Part shown: positions 25,321 through 32,000 of the stretch, piece after piece
Numbering within the stretch: the first letter of the stretch is position 1
Layout: each line of letters opens with the position of its first letter
Notes under the pieces: generated by a model
Told to the model about the DNA's origin: nothing
Seen by the model: only the letters and a program-made list of their open reading frames with translations
Databases searched by the model: none
Source of the DNA: Delftia acidovorans NBRC 14950
GTDB lineage: Bacteria > Pseudomonadota > Gammaproteobacteria > Burkholderiales > Burkholderiaceae_C
Assembly: GCF_001598795.1 (NCBI RefSeq)
Contig: NZ_BCZP01000001.1
Coordinates: 360,001-392,000, forward strand
DNA length: 32,000 bases
Direction: 5' to 3'
Translations under genes and position numbers: made by a program

Positions 25321-26322
25321 ATGGAAAAGCAAATCATGCGTGCCGTGGAACTCACGGACTTTGGTGCTCCCGAGGTATTGCGCCTGGGCGAGCGTCCGCT
25401 GCCCGTTGCGGGTGCGCAGGAGTTGCTGATCCAGGTGTCGGCCAGTGGTGTCAATCGCCCTGATGTGTTGCAGCGCAAGGGGCACTATGCTCCGCCGCCT
25501 GGCGCCTCCGATCTGCCCGGGCTGGAAGTGGCTGGGGTGATCGTGTCGGGCGACGACGAAGCCATGCGGTTGGCAGGCCTGCGCGTGGGAGACCGCGTGT
25601 GCGCGCTGCTGGCCGGTGGTGGCTATGCGGAGTACTGCGTTGCGCCCGTGGCCCAGTGCCTGCCTATTCCGGCAGGGCTCAGCGAGGTGGAGGCTTCGGC
25701 ATTGCCCGAGACCTTCTTTACCGTCTGGAGCAATGTATTCGACCGCGGTGCCTTGCAGGCAGGTGAAACCCTGCTGGTGCAGGGTGGCAGCAGCGGCATC
25801 GGCGTGACGGCCATCCAGCTGGCCAAGGCGCGCGGCGCCACGGTCATCGTGACCGCTGGCTCCGATGCCAAGTGCGCCGACTGCCTCAAGCTGGGTGCCG
25901 ACCATGCCATCAACTACCGTACCCAGGACTTTGCCGCAGAGGTGCAGCGCATCACCGAAGGCAGGGGCGTGGACGTGATCCTGGACATGGTGGCGGGTGG
26001 CTATGTGGCGCGCGAAGTGCAAAGCCTGGCAGAGGATGGCCGCCTGGTCATCATTGCGGTGCAGGGTGGCATCAAGGCGGAGTTCGACGCGGGCCTGGTC
26101 CTGCGTCGCCGTCTGCTGGTGACGGGTTCCACACTGCGTCCGCGGCCTGTGGCTTTCAAGGCAGCCATCGCCCAGGCCCTGCGCCGCGAGGTCTGGCCGC
26201 TCATCGAGGCAGGCGGCATTCGTCCTGTGATCCATAGCACCTTTGCTGCCGCTGATGCCGACAAGGCGCACGCGCTGATGGAGTCGAGTCAGCACACCGG
26301 CAAAATCGTTTTGACGTGGTAA
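25321..26322 (+). CDS. NAD(P)H:quinone oxidoreductase, zinc-independent MDR family (PIG3/Qor-like)
   Basis: [40 protein letters not shown], the nucleotide-binding [17 protein letters not shown], and C-terminal HTGKIVLTW. Start at 25321 or 25336. Confidence 0.88.
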   Translation: MEKQIMRAVELTDFGAPEVLRLGERPLPVAGAQELLIQVSASGVNRPDVLQRKGHYAPPPGASDLPGLEVAGVIVSGDDEAMRLAGLRVGDRVCALLAGGGYAEYCVAPVAQCLPIPAGLSEVEASALPETFFTVWSNVFDRGALQAGETLLVQGGSSGIGVTAIQLAKARGATVIVTAGSDAKCADCLKLGADHAINYRTQDFAAEVQRITEGRGVDVILDMVAGGYVAREVQSLAEDGRLVIIAVQGGIKAEFDAGLVLRRRLLVTGSTLRPRPVAFKAAIAQALRREVWPLIEAGGIRPVIHSTFAAADADKAHALMESSQHTGKIVLTW

Positions 26323-26324
26323 CC

Positions 26325-27071
26325 ATGAAGAAGAAACTCATCGTCGGCAACTGGAAGATGAATGGCAGCCTGGCTGCCAATGCCGTTTTGCTCAAGGCCC
26401 TCAAGGAGGGTCTGCCCGAGGGGGGCAACGCGGGCGTGGCTGTGGCCGTGCCTGCCGTCTATCTGGCCCAGGCCCAGGCCGAGCTTGAAGGCTCGGCCAT
26501 AGGCGTGGCCGCGCAGGACGTGTCGCAGCATGAATCGGGTGCCTATACGGGCGAGCTGTCGGCCGCAATGCTTCGGGATTTTGGCGTGCGCTATACGCTG
26601 GTGGGGCACTCGGAGCGTCGCCAATACCATGGCGAAACCGATGCCGTGGTGGCGCTGAAGGCGCAGGCTGCGCTGGCCAAGGGCGTCACGCCCATCGTCT
26701 GTGTGGGTGAAACGCTGGCGGAGCGCGAGGCGGGGCAGACCGAAGAAGTGGTCAAGCGCCAGCTGGCGGCCGTGATCCACCAGGTGGGCCAGTGCATCAA
26801 TGAGCTGGTCGTGGCCTATGAGCCCGTCTGGGCCATTGGCACCGGCAGGACCGCCACGCCGGAGCAGGCTCAGCAGGTGCATGCCGTGCTGCGCGCCCAG
26901 CTGGCGGCTGCCAGCCAGCAGGCCGATCGCATCGCCTTGCTGTACGGCGGCAGCATGAATGCCTCCAATGCAGCCCAGCTGCTGGCCCGGGCCGACATTG
27001 ATGGTGGCCTGGTGGGCGGAGCGTCGCTCAAGGCGGCCGATTTCCTGACCATCATCGCTGCGGCCCAGTAA
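26325..27071 (+). CDS. tpiA: Triose-phosphate isomerase
   Basis: [19 protein letters not shown] and [11 protein letters not shown] are the canonical TIM motifs. Confidence 0.96.
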   Translation: MKKKLIVGNWKMNGSLAANAVLLKALKEGLPEGGNAGVAVAVPAVYLAQAQAELEGSAIGVAAQDVSQHESGAYTGELSAAMLRDFGVRYTLVGHSERRQYHGETDAVVALKAQAALAKGVTPIVCVGETLAEREAGQTEEVVKRQLAAVIHQVGQCINELVVAYEPVWAIGTGRTATPEQAQQVHAVLRAQLAAASQQADRIALLYGGSMNASNAAQLLARADIDGGLVGGASLKAADFLTIIAAAQ

Positions 27072-27129
27072 GCCGGGGCGGTTTTTCCATTCGCTTTTTT
27101 AGCTCTCGCGTTACTAGCAGGTACAACCA

Positions 27130-27522
27130 ATGAATGCATTCGCAAGCGTGATCCTCGCCGTTCAGATGCTGTCGGCTCTCGGCATGATCGGCCTGATCCT
27201 GATTCAACACGGCAAGGGTGCCGACATGGGCGCCTCGTTCGGCAGTGGCAGCTCCGGCAGCCTGTTCGGTGCCTCGGGCAGCGCCAACTTCCTGTCGCGC
27301 TCCACCGCAGGCCTGGCCACGGTGTTCTTCGTGGCAACGCTGGCGCTGGCCTATCTGAGCAATGCGCGTCCCGTCAGCTCGGGCAGCGTGCTGGAAGGTG
27401 CCGCACCCATCACGGCGCCGGCTCCTGCGGCCTCTGGCGCTGCTGGCGAAGTGCCAGCTCCTGCTGCAGGCCAGGCGCCTGCTGCCGGTGCTGAAGGCGC
27501 CGCCCAGATCCCAACGAAATAA
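27130..27522 (+). CDS. secG: Preprotein translocase subunit SecG
   Basis: LILIQHGKGADMGASFGSGSSGSLFGASGSANFLSR, with two TM segments and an Ala/Pro-rich tail. It lies upstream of tRNA-Leu, as in many proteobacteria. Confidence 0.93.
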   Translation: MNAFASVILAVQMLSALGMIGLILIQHGKGADMGASFGSGSSGSLFGASGSANFLSRSTAGLATVFFVATLALAYLSNARPVSSGSVLEGAAPITAPAPAASGAAGEVPAPAAGQAPAAGAEGAAQIPTK

Positions 27523-27536
27523 TTTCGAACAAAGTC

Positions 27537-27564
27537 CTCGGTCCTCCGGGTCCGAGGGTTTTTC
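27537..27564 (+). terminator. Probable secG terminator
   Basis: CCTCGGTCC / GGTCCGAGG stem with one T-T mismatch and loop TCCG, followed by GTTTTT. Confidence 0.55.
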
Positions 27565-27638
27565 AGAGTAGAATCTAGAGATTGTTCGGTAGGCGGAATC
27601 TTTGCAACGGAGATAAAGAGCCAGCCGAAATCAAGACT

Positions 27639-27723
27639 TGCCGTCGTGGTGAAATTGGTAGACACGCTATCTTGAGGGGGTAGTGGCGAAAGCTGTGCGA
27701 GTTCGAGTCTCGCCGACGGCACC
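27639..27723 (+). tRNA. tRNA-Leu (anticodon GAG), class II with long variable arm, CCA encoded
   Basis: Folded by hand. Acceptor GCCGTCG/CGACGGC. Anticodon stem CTATC/GGTAG with loop TTGAGGG, giving anticodon GAG. 13-nt variable arm. T stem GCGAG/CTCGC with loop TTCGAGT. Ends ACCA. 85 nt. Confidence 0.92.
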
Positions 27724-27797
27724 AAGATATAACTAAGAGCCTGCCCTGCTGATCAGGCTGATCGGTGCGGGCATGCCTTTCAAGGTAGCCGCACACG

Positions 27798-28157
27798 ATG
27801 AACATCGACCAGTATCTTCCCGTTCTCTTGTTCATTCTCGTCGGCATGGGTGTCGGCGTAGTCCCCCTGGTGCTGGGGTACGTGCTGGGTCCGAACCGAC
27901 CCGACGCCGCCAAGAACTCCCCCTATGAATGTGGCTTCGAGGCCTTCGAAGACGCGCGCATGAAGTTCGATGTGCGCTACTACCTCGTCGCCATCCTGTT
28001 CATCCTGTTTGATTTGGAAATCGCCTTTCTGCTGCCCTGGGCCGTTGCGCTTCGGGACGTGGGTGGGGCTGGTTTCGCCGCTGTCCTTATTTTCCTGACC
28101 GTTCTCGTCGTGGGCTTTGTCTACGAATGGAAGAAGGGTGCGTTGGACTGGGACTGA
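27798..28157 (+). CDS. nuoA: NADH-quinone oxidoreductase subunit A
   Basis: 119 aa with three TM segments. YECGFE motif and [13 protein letters not shown]. Confidence 0.95.
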   Translation: MNIDQYLPVLLFILVGMGVGVVPLVLGYVLGPNRPDAAKNSPYECGFEAFEDARMKFDVRYYLVAILFILFDLEIAFLLPWAVALRDVGGAGFAAVLIFLTVLVVGFVYEWKKGALDWD

Positions 28158-28180
28158 AGCGGGTTCACTAAGGAAACACG

Positions 28181-28660
28181 ATGATCGAAGGCGTGATGAA
28201 AGAAGGCTTCATCACCACGAGTTACGACTCTGTGGTGAATTGGGCCAAGACGGGCTCGCTGTGGCCCATGACATTTGGTCTGGCCTGCTGCGCGGTGGAG
28301 ATGATGCACGCTGCGGCGGCGCGTTACGACATCGGTCGCTTTGGCTCGGAAGTCTTCCGTGCCAGCCCGCGGCAGTCGGACCTGATGATTGTGGCCGGCA
28401 CCCTGTGCAACAAGATGGCGCCCGCCATGCGCAAGGTCTATGACCAGATGTCCGAGCCCCGCTGGGTCATCTCCATGGGCTCGTGCGCCAACGGCGGCGG
28501 CTACTACCACTACAGCTATTCCGTGGTGCGCGGCTGTGACCGCATCGTGCCGGTCGATGTCTATGTGCCTGGCTGCCCCCCCACGGCGGAAGCCCTGATC
28601 TACGGCATCATCCAGCTGCAGCAGAAGATCCGCCGCACCCATACCATCGCTCGCGTCTAA
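28181..28660 (+). CDS. nuoB: NADH-quinone oxidoreductase subunit B
   Basis: [22 protein letters not shown] and GCPP are the N2 cluster ligand motifs. Confidence 0.96.
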   Translation: MIEGVMKEGFITTSYDSVVNWAKTGSLWPMTFGLACCAVEMMHAAAARYDIGRFGSEVFRASPRQSDLMIVAGTLCNKMAPAMRKVYDQMSEPRWVISMGSCANGGGYYHYSYSVVRGCDRIVPVDVYVPGCPPTAEALIYGIIQLQQKIRRTHTIARV

Positions 28661-28667
28661 GGGCTAG

Positions 28668-29279
28668 ATGATGACTGCTATTGCGATTCACCCCGAAGTG
28701 CTTCGGGATGTGGTGGCTGCTGCCTTGGGCGACAAGGCGCGCAGCGTGACCGTGGCCCTGGGCGAGGTGACGGTCGAAGTGTCCGCCACCCAGTATCTTG
28801 AGGCCATGCAGGTTCTGCACACTGCTCCGGATTGCCGGTTCGAGGTCCTGGTGGACCTGTGCGGCGTGGACTACTCCACCTATGCAGAAGTCGGGCGTGA
28901 AGGCCCGCGCTTTGCCGTGGTATCCCACCTGCTGTCGATCAGCCTGAACCAGCGCCTGCGCGTTCGTGTCTTTTGCACCGACGACGATTTCCCGGTGGTG
29001 GCTTCCGTCACTTCCGTCTGGGCGGGTGCGAACTGGTTCGAGCGCGAAGCGTTCGACCTGTTCGGCATCGTCTTCGACGGCCATGACGACCTGCGCCGCA
29101 TCCTGACCGACTACGGCTTCATCGGCCATCCCTTCCGCAAGGACTTCCCGCTGTCGGGCCATGTGGAAATGCGCTATGACCCTGAGCAACAGCGCGTGGT
29201 GTACCAGCCGGTCACCATCGAGCCCCGCGAGATCACGCCGCGGATCATCCGCGAAGACAACTACGGGGGCCTGCACTGA
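28668..29279 (+). CDS. nuoC: NADH-quinone oxidoreductase subunit C
   Basis: [43 protein letters not shown] is typical of the 30-kDa subunit. Confidence 0.95.
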   Translation: MMTAIAIHPEVLRDVVAAALGDKARSVTVALGEVTVEVSATQYLEAMQVLHTAPDCRFEVLVDLCGVDYSTYAEVGREGPRFAVVSHLLSISLNQRLRVRVFCTDDDFPVVASVTSVWAGANWFEREAFDLFGIVFDGHDDLRRILTDYGFIGHPFRKDFPLSGHVEMRYDPEQQRVVYQPVTIEPREITPRIIREDNYGGLH

Positions 29280-29311
29280 AGGCGCTCCAGGCGCCTTTTT
29301 GATGGACGACC

Positions 29312-30565
29312 ATGGCTGAAATCAAGAACTATTCCCTGAACTTTGGTCCGCAGCACCCGGCAGCGCACGGCGTGTTGCGCCTGGTGCTGGAGCTCGACGG
29401 TGAAGTGGTGCAGCGCGCAGACCCGCACATCGGTCTGTTGCACCGTGCGACAGAAAAACTGGCAGAGAGCAAGACCTACATCCAGTCGCTGCCCTATATG
29501 GACCGGCTGGACTACGTGTCCATGATGTGCAACGAGCACGCCTACTGCCTGGCCATCGAGAAGCTGCTGGGCATCGAGGTGCCCATCCGCGCCCAGTACA
29601 TCCGCGTGATGTATTCCGAGATCACCCGCATCATGAATCACCTGATGTGGCTGGGCTCCAGCGGCAACGATGCGGGCAGCTCCACGACGCTGATCTACAC
29701 CTTCCGTGAGCGCGAAGACCTCATGGACATGTACGAGGCGGTTTCGGGCGCGCGCATGCACGCGGCCTATTTCCGTCCGGGCGGCGTCTACCGCGACCTG
29801 CCCGACACCATGCCGCAGTACAAGGCCAGCAAGGTGCGCAATGCGCGCTCGGTCGAGATCATGAACCGCAACCGCCACGGCTCGTTGCTGGACTTCATCG
29901 ACGACTTCACGCAGCGCTTCCCCAAGTGCGCGGACGAGTACGAGACCCTGCTGACCGACAACCGCATCTGGAAGCAGCGCAACGTGGACATCGGCGTGGT
30001 GACGGCCGAGCGTGCCATGAACCTGGGCCTGACCGGCCCCATGCTGCGCGCCTCCGGCGTGGCCTGGGACATGCGCAAGTCGCAGCCCTATGAGGTCTAT
30101 GACCGCATGGATTTCGACGTGCCCGTGGGCAAGACCGGCGACTGCTACGACCGCTACCTGGTGCGCGTGGCCGAAATGCGCCAGTCCAACCGCATCATCA
30201 AGCAGTGCGTGGACTGGCTGCGTGCCAACCCGGGCCCGGTGATCGTGGACAACCACAAGATTGCTCCGCCGCCGCGCGAAGGCATGAAGTCCAACATGGA
30301 AGAGCTGATCCACCACTTCAAGCTCTTCACCGAAGGTTTCCGCGTGCCCGAAGGCGAGGCTTACGCGGCCATCGAACACCCCAAGGGGGAGTTCGGCATC
30401 TACATCGTGAGCGATGGGGCCAACAAGCCCTACCGCCTGAAGATCCGTCCGCCGGGATTCGCCAATCTGTCCGCCATGGACGAAATGTGCCGAGGCCACA
30501 TGCTGGCCGACGCCGTGATGGTGCTGAGTACCCTGGACATCGTGTTTGGAGACGTTGACCGATGA
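29312..30565 (+). CDS. nuoD: NADH-quinone oxidoreductase subunit D
   Basis: [33 protein letters not shown] and C-terminal [13 protein letters not shown]. Confidence 0.97.
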   Translation: MAEIKNYSLNFGPQHPAAHGVLRLVLELDGEVVQRADPHIGLLHRATEKLAESKTYIQSLPYMDRLDYVSMMCNEHAYCLAIEKLLGIEVPIRAQYIRVMYSEITRIMNHLMWLGSSGNDAGSSTTLIYTFREREDLMDMYEAVSGARMHAAYFRPGGVYRDLPDTMPQYKASKVRNARSVEIMNRNRHGSLLDFIDDFTQRFPKCADEYETLLTDNRIWKQRNVDIGVVTAERAMNLGLTGPMLRASGVAWDMRKSQPYEVYDRMDFDVPVGKTGDCYDRYLVRVAEMRQSNRIIKQCVDWLRANPGPVIVDNHKIAPPPREGMKSNMEELIHHFKLFTEGFRVPEGEAYAAIEHPKGEFGIYIVSDGANKPYRLKIRPPGFANLSAMDEMCRGHMLADAVMVLSTLDIVFGDVDR

Positions 30566-31049
30566 TTACCGAAGCGACCAAGGAGCGCTTTGCGCGCGAG
30601 GTGGCCAAGTACCCGGCCGACCAGAAGCAGTCTGCCGTGATGGCCTGCCTGTCCATCGTGCAGCAGGAGCAGGGCTGGGTCAGCGCCGAGAGCGAGGCCG
30701 TGATTGCCGAGTTCCTGGGCATGGCCGAGATCGCGGTGCATGAAGTCACCACGTTCTACAACATGTACAACCAGCGCCCCACGGGCACGTACAAGCTGAA
30801 CGTCTGCACCAACCTGCCTTGCCAGCTGCGCGACGGCTACAAGGCGCTGCACCATCTGGAATCCCGCCTGGGCATCAAGATGGGCGAGACCACGCCTGAC
30901 GGCATGTTCACGCTGCAGCAGTCCGAGTGCCTGGGCGCCTGCGCGGATTCGCCGGTGATGCTGGTGAACGACCGCTGCATGTGCAGCTTCATGAGCAACG
31001 AAAAGCTCGACGAATTGATCGACGGCCTGCGCGCCGCGGAGGGCAAGGC

Positions 31050-31053
<4 letters not shown>
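30562..31053 (+). CDS. nuoE: NADH-quinone oxidoreductase subunit E
   Basis: [2Fe-2S] ligands in VCTNLPCQL and [14 protein letters not shown] overlap with the nuoD stop. Confidence 0.95.

Positions 31054-32000
<947 letters not shown>

Noticed and set aside
23630-26295. 519-aa and 452-aa minus ORFs
   Set aside because: They are antisense to pnp and the quinone oxidoreductase respectively. Both are shadow ORFs.

Overview
High-GC betaproteobacterial chromosome segment; protein sequences and the tpiA-secG-tRNA-Leu-nuoA..F gene order look Burkholderiales/Comamonadaceae-like (inference). The flanks are housekeeping. Left flank: aldehyde dehydrogenase, GNAT acetyltransferase, an NPPW-motif SAM methyltransferase, a 180-aa orphan, dusC, a two-HKD phospholipase-D-family lipoprotein and ribD. 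Right flank: a small exported protein, rpsO, pnp, a quinone oxidoreductase, tpiA, secG, tRNA-Leu(GAG) and nuoA through the 5' part of nuoF. The centre (8.76-21.66 kb, all minus strand) is the unusual part. It holds two complete type IV pilus minor-pilin/tip-adhesin operons, each fimT-pilV-pilW-pilX-pilY1-pilE, arranged head to tail. The upstream copy (16.0-21.7 kb) is GC-rich like the host, tightly translationally coupled, and has a short 798-aa PilY1. The downstream copy (8.76-15.76 kb) has host-like fimT and pilE ends. Its pilV-pilW-pilX-pilY1 core is clearly AT-richer and encodes an 1166-aa PilY1 with an N-terminal vWA/MIDAS module. A perfect (GGTGCT)6 microsatellite lies 10 nt upstream of its pilV start. 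I found no integrase, transposase, IS ends, CRISPR array or recognisable defence genes. Many long ORFs in the six-frame track are antisense shadow ORFs typical of high-GC DNA and were rejected. I do not see an unambiguous novel system. The mosaic tandem pilus-tip locus is the best candidate for follow-up.
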